64,000 nucleotides of DNA from Candidatus Micrarchaeota archaeon. GTDB lineage: Archaea; Micrarchaeota; Micrarchaeia; Anstonellales; Bilamarchaeaceae. The stretch lies in NCBI GenBank assembly GCA_041694885.1, contig JBGFRX010000028.1, forward strand, positions 3,001-67,000. The letters are read 5' to 3'. The notes below the pieces were generated by a model. It saw only the letters and a list, made by a program, of their open reading frames with translations, did no database searches and was not told the origin of the DNA. Below, in pieces: positions 1 through 9,490 of this stretch. A program made the position numbers and the translations under genes. Positions within the stretch are counted from its first letter, which is position 1, and each line of letters starts with the position of its first letter.

Positions 1-459
1 GAGCGCATCCCCTGGGCGGCCTTGTGCAGTATCGCTCCCTATGCTCATCCCGTATTCTATCATTCCGGATTTTACCATGCCCATAACCATCTGGATTCCG
101 GCAGTGCCTGCCTTGCACGCGAATTCCAAATCCGCTGCAGTAAGGTTTTCCGGCCCTGCGCCTATAGCTTCTGCAACTATTGTCGCATTCGGCTTCACTG
201 CATAGACCTTACTCTCGCTTCCCACGTAAACAGCGCCTATCCTTTTCGCATCTATCCCTGCATGCGCGAGCGCGTTCCTTGCTGCTTCGACCGCAATGGT
301 TGCCGAGTCCTCATCTATTGCAGGAACTGCTTTTTCCTTTATTCCCAATCCCAGGACTATCCTATCCGGGTCCTCGCCCCACACTTTCGCGATTTCCTCG
401 GTCTTTATCCTGTATAAAGGGACGTAAGCCCCGTATCCAACTATGCCGACCATTATCAT
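1..459 (-). CDS. hydroxymethylglutaryl-CoA synthase (archaeal HMGS, thiolase fold), N-terminal part; the ORF continues past the window start
   Basis: Reverse-strand translation from the ATG at 457-459 reads [35 protein letters not shown]...[11 protein letters not shown]. This is the conserved N-terminus of archaeal HMG-CoA synthases. An in-frame stop lies upstream at 490-492. The ORF is absent from the ORF track because it has no stop inside the window. Confidence 0.7.
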   Translation of the reverse strand, partial: MIMVGIVGYGAYVPLYRIKTEEIAKVWGEDPDRIVLGLGIKEKAVPAIDEDSATIAVEAARNALAHAGIDAKRIGAVYVGSESKVYAVKPNATIVAEAIGAGPENLTAADLEFACKAGTAGIQMVMGMVKSGMIEYGMSIGSDTAQGRPGDAL

Positions 460-558
460 CGCTCTCGTAGATTTAGTTTCGGTTTCGTGTCAGGAAGTTT
501 CGGGTTTTGCGTTCCCCTACTAGTTTCGCACTTCGATATTCAACATCCGTTATGGCAT

Positions 559-1176
559 TTATATTCTTAACCGTGCGGCTTTCGTCGTTTGACGTTTCGC
601 CCACTCCACAATAAGCGCATGATAGCATTTGTACAGCCCAGCATCCTTCTGAAGATTCTTCTCGAAAAATTCGCGGCAGTGCTCGTAATCTTTCCACTCC
701 TGTTTCAGAAAATGCCTGCAGAATTTTTTTGTGTACCTGTCGACAACGAAAACAGGCCTGTTCAGAGAGTATAGGAGGATCGAATCCGCGGTTTCTTTTC
801 CTATCCCATGCGTTTCGAGTAAAATTTTCCGCATCTCGCGCAGGTCATTCATTTCCTTCACTTTCAGATAGGTTTTCGTCATTTCTTTGACCCTTTTCGC
901 TTTCTGCCTGTAGAATCCGCTTGGCCTTACCAGGAGTTCGAGCTTCCGCAGGTTGATTTTCAAAATTTTCCGCTCGTTGATCAGATTTTCCTTTTTTAGG
1001 TTCGCGATCGCCTTTTCTGCATTTTTCCAATTAGTATTTTGGGCCAAAACCGCACCGAGTGCGATCTCATAGGGGCTTTCGCCTGGCCAGTCGCATTTCC
1101 ATTCCCTGTCCTTGAGTTCCCGGTCAAGTCCTGAATAAAGCCCGAGAAGTTTTTTGCACATGCGCATATTGGACAA
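559..1176 (-). CDS. HhH-GPD superfamily DNA glycosylase (endonuclease III-like)
   Basis: 205 aa. It carries the helix-hairpin-helix motif LLETHGIGKETADSILLYSL followed by a conserved downstream D, typical of EndoIII/MagIII-like base-excision enzymes. Confidence 0.6.
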   Translation of the reverse strand: MSNMRMCKKLLGLYSGLDRELKDREWKCDWPGESPYEIALGAVLAQNTNWKNAEKAIANLKKENLINERKILKINLRKLELLVRPSGFYRQKAKRVKEMTKTYLKVKEMNDLREMRKILLETHGIGKETADSILLYSLNRPVFVVDRYTKKFCRHFLKQEWKDYEHCREFFEKNLQKDAGLYKCYHALIVEWAKRQTTKAARLRI

Positions 1177-1262
1177 AGCACGGGAAAATTAATAACGAAA
1201 CCGGAAACAAAGAAACCCGAAACCCGCGAAACCTTAATAATATTGAATAACGATATGAATCC

Positions 1263-1661
1263 ATGCCCTACGGACTTATTTCCACGCACGAGGAAATGCG
1301 GCTTTTCTTCAAGATAGTCGAATTCTATTCCAAGCTCTATCCCAAGATTAAATTCTCGAAGGAGGAGAAGATAGTGAGCTATAAGGAAATAGGAGAAGTG
1401 TTCTACACTTACGCAGGTGGGGAAGTGGAGGGGCTTGCCGCAGACAAGATGGTTGAGATAGAGGCAGCGCTTCCTGAATATTCCACACCAGTGATCTTGC
1501 TTAAAAAGAGGAAGAAATTCATACTGCTGGATGGTCACAGGCGATTGCGGGTCGCGTGGAAAAGAGGAATGCAGTGGAAAGCACTCATAATCGTTCCCAA
1601 TAAGGAAATGAGGTTTGGGGTCGAGGATACAATAACCGAAAGGATTAGGGAGATGTATTAG
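1263..1661 (+). CDS. ParB/sulfiredoxin-fold nuclease domain protein
   Basis: 132 aa with the ParB-like DGHRR motif in FILLDGHRRLRVAWKRG. The overlapping antisense ORF 996..1805 is Cys- and Leu-rich and looks like a shadow ORF. Confidence 0.5.
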   Translation: MPYGLISTHEEMRLFFKIVEFYSKLYPKIKFSKEEKIVSYKEIGEVFYTYAGGEVEGLAADKMVEIEAALPEYSTPVILLKKRKKFILLDGHRRLRVAWKRGMQWKALIIVPNKEMRFGVEDTITERIREMY

Positions 1662-1927
1662 AAGTTTACATATGTAATATTTACAGCTAATTAAAACCTT
1701 GACTGAAGGGCTAGCGAGCGAAAACTTACGGAGCGCCTCGGCGTTTCGCACATGCAGTAAATAAGATAATACGCGGGTTCCAGGGAGCGAACCCCATCGA
1801 GGCAACTGTGCATAGGAAAACGCTTTATCTCAACTGAATTGGAGCAATGGGGATTATGAACTGATTGCGTTTTTTGCCGTATATTTTCAAAGACGAATGA
1901 CGAACCCTTCTCAACTTTTTATAAACA

Positions 1928-1962
1928 AAAATTTATAATAAAGAACGAACATTTATAAAAGT
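1928..1962 (+). promoter_or_regulatory. candidate archaeal promoter (two TATA-like boxes) for the S-layer gene
   Basis: ATTTATAATA at 1931-1940 and ATTTATAAAA at 1951-1960. This implies a 5' leader of about 200 nt. The SD-like GAGGTGA at 2172-2178 sits 7 nt before the ATG. Confidence 0.3.
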
Positions 1963-2185
1963 TGCCTTTTGATTAACTGTGCCTCCCAGTGGAGTTCTAC
2001 TGAGAGGACTGCAGGGGTTTTCTCTGCAATATGGAGACTAAGCAGGAACCGACAACCGGTCCTGTTCAAGCCGCACTTAGTTGTTTTGCGTGCGCACATC
2101 CTGTGTGCATGCAGGTCTCCTTAGGCATTGCTGCAACTCCCTGTTGCGGACTGATGCTCAGGCGGCTAAAAAATGAGGTGAAAAA

Positions 2186-4963
2186 ATGAAAGGAATAAAC
2201 CTGAAAAAAATCGGAGCGATTGTCGCAGGTGCGACGATCCTCGCCAGTTCGGTGGCCTTCGCGGGCTTAATGTTCGAGAACACCGAATTGGTGGACGCAA
2301 ACGGGCAACCGGTTGCGAAAGTAGTGTTAGGTAGCGGCGCAGCTGCTTCCGACGGCGCAGTTGCTGGTGCAATTGCTGCTAAGTTGGCGAGCGCAGCGTA
2401 TGCGAAGAGGACTCTGACTGCAGCAGTTGCTGCGGATGCGACCTGCTCGACAGGTGCAACAGGAGGGACAGGAACGTGCGCAGTAAGCGGGGAGAAAGTG
2501 ACCCTTGAGGTTACTGTACCTGGTACTACGGCCGCAGGAGTGCACGACTTTTCGACCCTGATAGGCGACTATGTGGACAGAACCCTGCAGAACAGGATAA
2601 ACAACATAACCACAGACGACCTCTATTCGTTGACGAATTCGGAAACCGACGTGGATGCAAACCCGTTCAGCAACGGCAACAACTCGAACATCGGGCTTGG
2701 GGCTACTGCGCTGTACAAGATAGACAGTACGAAGTTTTCGCCGTTCGCGGCAAAGACGATAGTCGACGGGCAGAGCGGAATGACGTACACTGAAACCCAG
2801 AACATATGGGTGGAGGGAACCACACAGTACTCAAGCGCAGACAAAGCGATTGAATTCAGTCCTTCACTCATTATCTACCAAGTGAAATTTGACGACCCCA
2901 AGCGCGTGGGAATAGTGAAGTGTACTTCGGAATCGACAACAATTCCCAAGTACTGGGGATGGTGTACGAACGCTGACGCGGATTACACAGGAAAGCACAG
3001 GGTCAAAATCAGCTTCCTTGGAAGCGACTGGATAATAACCGACATAATACCAACTGATACCCCCATTGTCAACGCGGATATGGTGGCTGCAGGAGGAGCA
3101 CTCAACCTCGCAAAGGAAAGCGTGTACGGGATTATCAACATCGGAGACAGCATGACGAGCAGCGACGGCCAGCTAAAGGTGCGCCTTGACGACATTTCAA
3201 CGCCGACCGGACAGTTTAACGTGCATCCGGCGATCGTGAGCTTCCTCGACGCAAACGGAAATGTGCTTTCGCAGGACCAGATAAATGCGGGCTCCACGGT
3301 GAAGAAGACTGTGGGTGGAAAGACGTACAAGGTAAGGGTGTACCAGACCGCTCCTGGTTATACGTTCGGCGCGAAATGGGCTGAAATGGCTCTGCTCGAG
3401 CAGGAACTTGAGCTCAAGGACAACCAGAAGGTAGACAGCGGTAAAAACATAGACTGGACCGTGCGCCTATTCTGGAAGAACAGGGATGGCGCTATCGCCA
3501 CTACGGCCAACCAATATCTCGACGATGCAGATGCGCTCAGGAGCATACTTGTTTACAAGAGCTCCTTTGGAAGCGCCCTTCTTACAGGAGACGCGATAAA
3601 CATTGTGGAGGTGCCGGTTGCGTACAAGCTGAGCTACAAAGGAGTGGACCTCGCATCTACGGAGTACGACACGCTCAAGTATGCCACTGGCGGTTCGATA
3701 ACTCTGACTCTGGACGACGCTACGACATTTTCGCTGGCATCGAACCAATATATCAAGATAAGCAGCAACGTGGACGATGCGTTCCAGGCGAGCGGAACCG
3801 CGCTTCAGGGAACTACAGGAACTGTGAACACCAAGGGCAAGGAGATTTACTATGTCCGTGGGCACACAAACAGCACCCTGAACGGAAGCATTGTAATGCT
3901 GAAGAGCGGCTCCTCGAACTACGTGGTGTTGAACTCAAGCACAGTCGGCAACTCCGGCAACCCGGACATCCAGTATAAGACAGCGGGAAGCAGCGGAACT
4001 GTGACCGACGGCGGCCTAATAAGGATAGTGAATCGCTGCATAAACTCGACTTTGGCTGGCAATAACAACACCATTGGTGGAATGGCGTGCGGAAACTTCA
4101 CTGCGGCAACTCCTGTAATAGAGCTGATTGAGAACATTGGAACAGCATACATCGGCTCTACCAAGGACGACCATGCTGTGGGCGTCTCGGAAGTGTATTA
4201 CGGCTCAGGTGGATTTGTGAGCAGTAAAGCTGGCTCCACAGCGACCGACAAGGTCGTTTTCATGCCGTTGACGCAGGTGGTTGGAACTGCTAGCGAACCG
4301 TACATACTCGCGGCAAACAAAATTGATCTTTCGGCACTTGGATACAGCAGCCCGAGCGGAGTGGTCGGCGCGGAATACACCAAAGGAGAATTCATTTCTC
4401 CGCGTGGAACCAAGTTCGACTCCATGTCCAGCTCTGCTGTGACCTTCAAGGTCGCGACAAGGTTGGGCAAGGCAGCGTACCAGTTCGCTACGAGCGAAGC
4501 TGCTGCTGTAGGAGCTGAGACCACAACCCTCACCCTTGCTGAAGGGGAGAGCGGAACCGTGAGCACGGTGACCATAAAGGCCAAATCGATCGACCAGACG
4601 ATAGGCGCATGCACTGCAACTGGAGGAGCGGCAACCTGCACGGTGCCAAAGGACCAGATAAGCGCGGTGATAATGCCGAACAACGCTGCGAGCGTTGACG
4701 CAGTAGTTCCTTTTGCCATAAACCCCAAGATGGTGGTTCTGGACAGGGACGCTGCGGCTACGACCACAGGCGTACTGATTACCGTCGGCGGAGACAGAGT
4801 CAACACAGTAACCGCGGACGCGATGGCTGGCGCAGGCATCGACTTCACTGCAACTCCGGTTGTTGTGAAGCAGGTCGGCAACAAGATAATTGTTGCAGGG
4901 CTCACTGCTGAAGACACCATAACCGCAGGGGATCAGTTCCTTGCAAAGGTCAGGGTAGTATAA
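2186..4963 (+). CDS. S-layer / major cell-surface glycoprotein
   Basis: 925 aa with an N-terminal signal-anchor MKGINLKKIGAIVAGATILASSVAFA. Composition is Thr/Ser/Gly/Ala/Asn-rich with essentially no Cys. It has many N-x-S/T sequons (NIT, NGS, NST, NSS, NNT, NFT). A strong SD and a downstream terminator are present. Confidence 0.7.
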   Translation: MKGINLKKIGAIVAGATILASSVAFAGLMFENTELVDANGQPVAKVVLGSGAAASDGAVAGAIAAKLASAAYAKRTLTAAVAADATCSTGATGGTGTCAVSGEKVTLEVTVPGTTAAGVHDFSTLIGDYVDRTLQNRINNITTDDLYSLTNSETDVDANPFSNGNNSNIGLGATALYKIDSTKFSPFAAKTIVDGQSGMTYTETQNIWVEGTTQYSSADKAIEFSPSLIIYQVKFDDPKRVGIVKCTSESTTIPKYWGWCTNADADYTGKHRVKISFLGSDWIITDIIPTDTPIVNADMVAAGGALNLAKESVYGIINIGDSMTSSDGQLKVRLDDISTPTGQFNVHPAIVSFLDANGNVLSQDQINAGSTVKKTVGGKTYKVRVYQTAPGYTFGAKWAEMALLEQELELKDNQKVDSGKNIDWTVRLFWKNRDGAIATTANQYLDDADALRSILVYKSSFGSALLTGDAINIVEVPVAYKLSYKGVDLASTEYDTLKYATGGSITLTLDDATTFSLASNQYIKISSNVDDAFQASGTALQGTTGTVNTKGKEIYYVRGHTNSTLNGSIVMLKSGSSNYVVLNSSTVGNSGNPDIQYKTAGSSGTVTDGGLIRIVNRCINSTLAGNNNTIGGMACGNFTAATPVIELIENIGTAYIGSTKDDHAVGVSEVYYGSGGFVSSKAGSTATDKVVFMPLTQVVGTASEPYILAANKIDLSALGYSSPSGVVGAEYTKGEFISPRGTKFDSMSSSAVTFKVATRLGKAAYQFATSEAAAVGAETTTLTLAEGESGTVSTVTIKAKSIDQTIGACTATGGAATCTVPKDQISAVIMPNNAASVDAVVPFAINPKMVVLDRDAAATTTGVLITVGGDRVNTVTADAMAGAGIDFTATPVVVKQVGNKIIVAGLTAEDTITAGDQFLAKVRVV

Positions 4964-4979
4964 ATACCCTTAGGTCTTT

Positions 4980-5030
4980 GGGGCTGAAAACCCCCTCTAT
5001 TTTTTTCTTTTTATCCTTTTTTCTCCTCTT
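4980..5030 (+). terminator. intrinsic terminator-like hairpin plus U-tract after the S-layer gene
   Basis: GGGG-CUGAAAA-CCCC hairpin at 4980-4994, followed by a T-rich tract CTCTATTTTTTTCTTTTTATCCTTTTTTCTCC. Confidence 0.45.
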
Positions 5031-5173
5031 TCTCGTTTTCATGTATTCACTTCAGAGCAGATGCCGTCCTTACATGAATATGAAGGATAAGCTGATTCAT
5101 TTTCGTATACGGGCACACAACTATTTTAAAACTTTTATACTATATAATAAATTGTTAAATACAGCAAACTGTT

Positions 5174-6256
5174 GTGGGTTTCATGAAAAAAATCAAAATC
5201 GGCATTATTGGAGTGGGTAACTGCGCATCAGGACTTTTGCAGGGGATTGAGTATTACAGGCAGCACCCCGAACGCGAAGTTGTGGGGATAATGCATAAGG
5301 AGATAAATAGCTACGAAGTAAGGGACATAGAGGTTGCTTGCGCGTTCGATGTTGCTGCGAACAAAATCGGGAAAACGCTGGACGATGCGGTTTATGCGAA
5401 GCCGAACATAGTGAACTGGGTCAAGCTCCCTAAAAGCGGAGTGGTCGTGAAGCAGGGTCCTGCTTACGACGGATTGGGAAAATACCTCAAGGGCATTGTT
5501 GAGCCAGCGCCTGAAAGACCTGCTGCAGAACTGGAAAGGGAAATTCTTGAGGAGATAGGGAGGAGCGAAACAGAAATCCTTATCAACTATTTGCCCGTAG
5601 GAAGTCAGAAAGCAACCGAATTCTGGGCTGAAATTGCCCTAAAAACGAATTGCGCGTTCATAAACGCGATTCCAGTATTCATCGCCTCGAATCCCAGATG
5701 GGAGACGCGGTTTGCGCAGGCGAAGCTCCCCCTCATAGGCGACGACATGAAGGGGATGCTCGGAGCCACGATAGTGCACAGGGTGCTCGCGAAACTAACT
5801 GCGGACAGGGGTGCGGATCTGCTGCACACCTACCAGCTGAACGTTGGGGGGAACACCGATTTCCGCAACATGCTCGAGCACGAGCGGCTGGAGAGCAAGA
5901 AAATCTCCAAGACAGAGAGCGTGCAGAGCCAGCTTACGAAACAGTTGGATGAAAGGGCGATACACGTAGGTCCTTCGGATTATGTTCCGTTTTTGGGAAA
6001 TACGAAAATCGCTTTCATGCACCTCCACGGAAGGATGTGGGCGGATATTCCTTACAATATAGAAGTGAAATTGGATGTGAATGACAAGGCGAACGCGGGC
6101 GGGATAATTGCCGATGCTGTGCGCATTGTGAAGGTCGCTCTTGAGAGGAAAATAGGAGGCGCACTAATCGGCCCTTCTGCTTATCTTATGAAGCACCCGC
6201 CTAAGCAAATGAGCGACGAACATGCGAAGCGCGAGCTGGAAGCATTCATCAGTTGA
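5174..6256 (+). CDS. ino1: myo-inositol-1-phosphate synthase
   Basis: 360 aa. Recalled signature motifs of the actinobacterial/archaeal Ino1 family (IIGVGNCASxLxQGxEYY; QLNVGGNxDFxNMLExERLESKKISKT) are present: IIGVGNCASGLLQGIEYY and QLNVGGNTDFRNMLEHERLESKKISKT. Confidence 0.8.
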   Translation: MGFMKKIKIGIIGVGNCASGLLQGIEYYRQHPEREVVGIMHKEINSYEVRDIEVACAFDVAANKIGKTLDDAVYAKPNIVNWVKLPKSGVVVKQGPAYDGLGKYLKGIVEPAPERPAAELEREILEEIGRSETEILINYLPVGSQKATEFWAEIALKTNCAFINAIPVFIASNPRWETRFAQAKLPLIGDDMKGMLGATIVHRVLAKLTADRGADLLHTYQLNVGGNTDFRNMLEHERLESKKISKTESVQSQLTKQLDERAIHVGPSDYVPFLGNTKIAFMHLHGRMWADIPYNIEVKLDVNDKANAGGIIADAVRIVKVALERKIGGALIGPSAYLMKHPPKQMSDEHAKRELEAFIS

Positions 6257-6264
6257 TTTTCTTT

Positions 6265-6834
6265 TTAATAGGCCCAGCCGACTCCTTTATTGTCCCGCAG
6301 GTATTTTGCGTACAAGTAGCCGAAGAACATCCCTCCTAAGTGGGCTGCACCTCCTATTCCGCTTTCCCAGTCCGCGATGTACGCGAGGTTGAGCACCACC
6401 CACAGGACAACCGCGTGTTTCATCTTCATGGGGAATAAGTAAATGTAGACCACTCCTTCAGGGTTGAAGAGCGCAACTGCGCCCAAAACCGCATATATCG
6501 CCCCGCTTGCGCCCAATGCAGGAACTGACGGGGAAATACCGAGGAATACGAGTGCAAGATAAAGGACGCTCCCTGCTATTCCTCCTATTAGGAAGGTCTT
6601 GTAGAATTCTGACTTTCCTGCTATACTCACGAGAACAGGCGCGAAGAAGAAGAGCGAGAGCGCGTTGAAGAAAAGATGGGAAATATCAGCATGGAGGAAA
6701 ATTGATGTAATTATGCGCCATGCCTGCTCCGGATGTGCTGGATCAAGAATGAAAAGTTCCGTAAAGCCCGGAACTGAGAGCTGGAGAACGAACGCAACGA
6801 GAATGAGCGCGAGGAGGTAGAACAAGGCGATCAA
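6265..6834 (-). CDS. rhomboid-family intramembrane serine protease
   Basis: Multi-TM protein. The catalytic Ser motif is GASGAIYAVLGA and the His is in AAHLGG. Confidence 0.8.
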   Translation of the reverse strand: MIALFYLLALILVAFVLQLSVPGFTELFILDPAHPEQAWRIITSIFLHADISHLFFNALSLFFFAPVLVSIAGKSEFYKTFLIGGIAGSVLYLALVFLGISPSVPALGASGAIYAVLGAVALFNPEGVVYIYLFPMKMKHAVVLWVVLNLAYIADWESGIGGAAHLGGMFFGYLYAKYLRDNKGVGWAY

Positions 6835-6840
6835 CTTGCA

Positions 6841-7758
6841 TCATGTGCCTGAAAGGTATTTTTCAGCAGAAACAGCTGCTATGGTGCCGTCAGCTGCGGC
6901 AGTTGTAACCTGCTTCACCCTGGAATTCGTAACATCTCCTGCTGCGAATACCCCTTTAATACTGGTTTTCATCTCCCTGTCCACGACTATTTGGCCATAA
7001 TCGTCCAATTTGAGCTTTGCTTTCACGAGTTCGCTGTTGGGAAGCATTCCTACATAAATGAAGACACCGTCTGCCTTCAAATCGGTTATTGCGCCGGTTT
7101 TAGCATTTTTTACCTTCATTTTTTCGACCTTCCCTGCTCCGGATATCTCTTCAGGCACGCTGTCAAGGAGGAATTTTATCCTTGGATTTCCTTTTGCCTG
7201 CTCCACGAGCGCCTTTTCCGCCCTGAATTCCGAGCGCCTGTGAACAACTGTAACTGACGATGCGAATTTCGAAAGGTAAATTGCTTCGCTCAGCGCGGAA
7301 TTGCCCCCTCCGATCACCGCAACGCTCTTGCTCCTGAAAAAAGACCCGTCGCACATAGCGCAATAGCTCACTCCTTTCCCTTTGAATTCCACCTCGCCCT
7401 TTATTCCCAATTTCTTTTCGCGCGCGCCTGTTGCGATTATTACTGCCTTCGCCTCGTGTCCACCATTTGCTGTCTTGACTTTCTTCGTTTTCCCTTCGAG
7501 CTCCAGGCTCACAACTTCCGTGAACTCTGTTATTTCCGCGCCGAACTTCCTCGCGTGCGCTGCCAACCGTTCCGTGAATCCCGGTCCGGTCGTGGATTCG
7601 GTACCGGGCCAGTTCTCTATCTCGGCAGTTGTTGCTATCTGGCCGCCTGCAGCTCCTTTATCCACTGCCAGCGTTCTTAGTCCTGAACGGGAGGCGTAGA
7701 GCGCTGCTGTGAGGCCTGCCGGACCTGCGCCTATTATTATCAAATCATATTCAGACAT
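6841..7758 (-). CDS. trxB: thioredoxin-disulfide reductase
   Basis: FAD motif DLIIIGAGPAGLTAA, redox-active CAMCDG, and NAD(P) motif GGGNSA. Start taken at the MSEYD Met at 7758; the longer ORF reaches 7833. Confidence 0.85.
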   Translation of the reverse strand: MSEYDLIIIGAGPAGLTAALYASRSGLRTLAVDKGAAGGQIATTAEIENWPGTESTTGPGFTERLAAHARKFGAEITEFTEVVSLELEGKTKKVKTANGGHEAKAVIIATGAREKKLGIKGEVEFKGKGVSYCAMCDGSFFRSKSVAVIGGGNSALSEAIYLSKFASSVTVVHRRSEFRAEKALVEQAKGNPRIKFLLDSVPEEISGAGKVEKMKVKNAKTGAITDLKADGVFIYVGMLPNSELVKAKLKLDDYGQIVVDREMKTSIKGVFAAGDVTNSRVKQVTTAAADGTIAAVSAEKYLSGT

Positions 7759-7884
7759 TACTATCGGAAAATATGGAACGCAGAACTGGTTTAAGCTATT
7801 TTCGGCCCAGCGTACAAATATCCTAAGGATCATCCTGCGAAAAAGGAGAGCGCTGCGAGCGCGAAAACGAGGAATTTTTTCATT

Positions 7885-7973
7885 TCAGTAGACGATTGCC
7901 GGTTTCTTAGTTTCCCGCTTCCGGTTCAGAACGTCTTTGGGCACATGCTGAGGAACGTCTTGAACCGCGAAAT
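7885..7973. repeat. intergenic repeat family A, copy 1 (89 bp, 94% identical to 35481..35569)
   Basis: TCAGTAGACGATTGCCGGTTTCTTAGTTTCCCGCTTCCGGTTCAGAACGTCTTTGGGCACATGCTGAGGAACGTCTTGAACCGCGAAAT recurs at 35481 with 5 mismatches. Both copies sit in divergent intergenic regions. Confidence 0.8.
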
Positions 7974-8053
7974 TAGTGAGATGAGAAAACCCCGAACTTT
8001 TACCGGATACCAAAAACTATTTAATCCGGAAGGCGCTCAACATAACGATATAC

Positions 8054-8935
8054 ATGGACATAATCTCAATGAGGGAACTGGATAAGAAGACAATAGAAGC
8101 GATTTTTGGGCGCGCTGAAGAGATGGAGAAAGGGAAGTTCAGGGAAAGAAAAGGGATACTCGCAACTGCTTTTTTCGAGGCGAGTACCCGCACCAAATTG
8201 TCCTTCCAGAGTGCTGCGGAGCGCCTCGGAATGAAAGTGATCGATTTTGCTCCAGAAAGCAGCTCGCTCGTGAAAGGCGAAAGCTTTTCAGACACCATAA
8301 GGACATTGGACAATTATGCCGATGCAATGGTGCTCCGGCATCCGAAAGAGGGAAGCAGCCGGCTCGCCGCGCGGCTTGCAGGACATCCGGTGATAAACGG
8401 AGGAGATGGTGCTAACGAGCATCCTACTCAAGCGCTCGTGGATCTTTACACAATCAGGAAGGAAAAAGGGAAGATACAAGACCTGAATATAGTGCTGTTC
8501 GGCGACCTCAAGCATGCGAGAACAATGCACTCCCTTATCTATGCGCTCGCGATGTTCGGCGCAAAAATTACCCTCATTGCTCCAAAAGGGATGGAGCTGG
8601 CAAAGGAGATAGTGGAAGAAATAAAGAGCAAGTTTGGGACGAAGATAATGGAGAAAAGCGCGCCTGACTTTGCAGACGCAGATGTTATTTACGTTACAAG
8701 AGTGCAGGAGGAAAGGTTCGCGGACAAGTACGAGGCGAAGAAGATAAGGGAGCAGTTCCGCCTAAGGACCTCGGACCTCAAAGCGGCGAAAAAGGACGTG
8801 ATAGTGCTCCACCCTCTCCCGAAAATAGACGAGATAGAGGCAGAAGTGGACAAAAGCCCACATGCGAAGTACTTCGGGCAGGCGGCAAACGCGGTACCGG
8901 TAAGAATGGCAATAATAGATCATTGTCTAAGGTGA
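8054..8935 (+). CDS. pyrB: aspartate carbamoyltransferase catalytic subunit
   Basis: STRTKLSF, HPTQAL and HPLP motifs; 293 aa. Confidence 0.9.
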   Translation: MDIISMRELDKKTIEAIFGRAEEMEKGKFRERKGILATAFFEASTRTKLSFQSAAERLGMKVIDFAPESSSLVKGESFSDTIRTLDNYADAMVLRHPKEGSSRLAARLAGHPVINGGDGANEHPTQALVDLYTIRKEKGKIQDLNIVLFGDLKHARTMHSLIYALAMFGAKITLIAPKGMELAKEIVEEIKSKFGTKIMEKSAPDFADADVIYVTRVQEERFADKYEAKKIREQFRLRTSDLKAAKKDVIVLHPLPKIDEIEAEVDKSPHAKYFGQAANAVPVRMAIIDHCLR

Positions 8936-8941
8936 GTCGCG

Positions 8942-9370
8942 ATGATAACAGTGGAAAAAATCTCCAACGGCACTGTGATAGATCACATTGCCGGAGGCAT
9001 GGGGAGGAAGGTGCTCTCACTGCTTGGGATTGAAGAGAATTACCCCTACCGCGTTGCTCTCATGATAAACGTACCGAGCAAGAAGATGGGCAAGAAGGAT
9101 ATAGTGAAGATAGAGGGCATATTCGTAAGCGAGGAAAAGGCAGACATAATCGCGCTCGTTTCCCCGCACGCGACCGTGAACATAATAAAAAACGAGAAAG
9201 TGGAGAAGAAATTCAATGCCGAGTTGCCTGAAAAAATTTCAACAGGGAAATGCCCAAATCCAAACTGCATAACTAATTCCGAGCGCGGAGTGGAGGAATT
9301 CCGCAAGGAGAACGGGATGTACAGGTGCGTCTTCTGCGAGCGGCTTTTCAGAGGCCAGGAACTTGTATAA
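8942..9370 (+). CDS. pyrI: aspartate carbamoyltransferase regulatory subunit
   Basis: SNGTVIDHI N-terminal domain and a C-terminal Zn domain CPNPNC...CVFCE. It lies immediately downstream of pyrB. Confidence 0.85.
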   Translation: MITVEKISNGTVIDHIAGGMGRKVLSLLGIEENYPYRVALMINVPSKKMGKKDIVKIEGIFVSEEKADIIALVSPHATVNIIKNEKVEKKFNAELPEKISTGKCPNPNCITNSERGVEEFRKENGMYRCVFCERLFRGQELV

Positions 9371-9490
9371 TATTTTGCAGTGCTTTTGCGCAATTCCGGA
9401 CTTTCAGAGCAATTACCAGAAGGTGCTTCTGATCGGTTCGAACCGCAAATTTCATTCCTCGACCCGCATGTTTTTAAAAACACCCGCCGA

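Noticed and set aside
996-1805. 269-aa minus-strand ORF overlapping the ParB-like gene
   Set aside because: It is Cys- and Leu-rich with no motifs, and it is antisense to an ORF carrying a recognisable DGHRR motif.
4198-4920. 240-aa minus-strand ORF inside the S-layer gene; also 24557..25270 and 25234..25899 inside gyrA, 36632..37354 and 37461..38309 inside proAC, 38945..39997 inside the leuA-like gene, and 21346..21807 opposite DUF359
   Set aside because: All are antisense shadows of well-supported genes.
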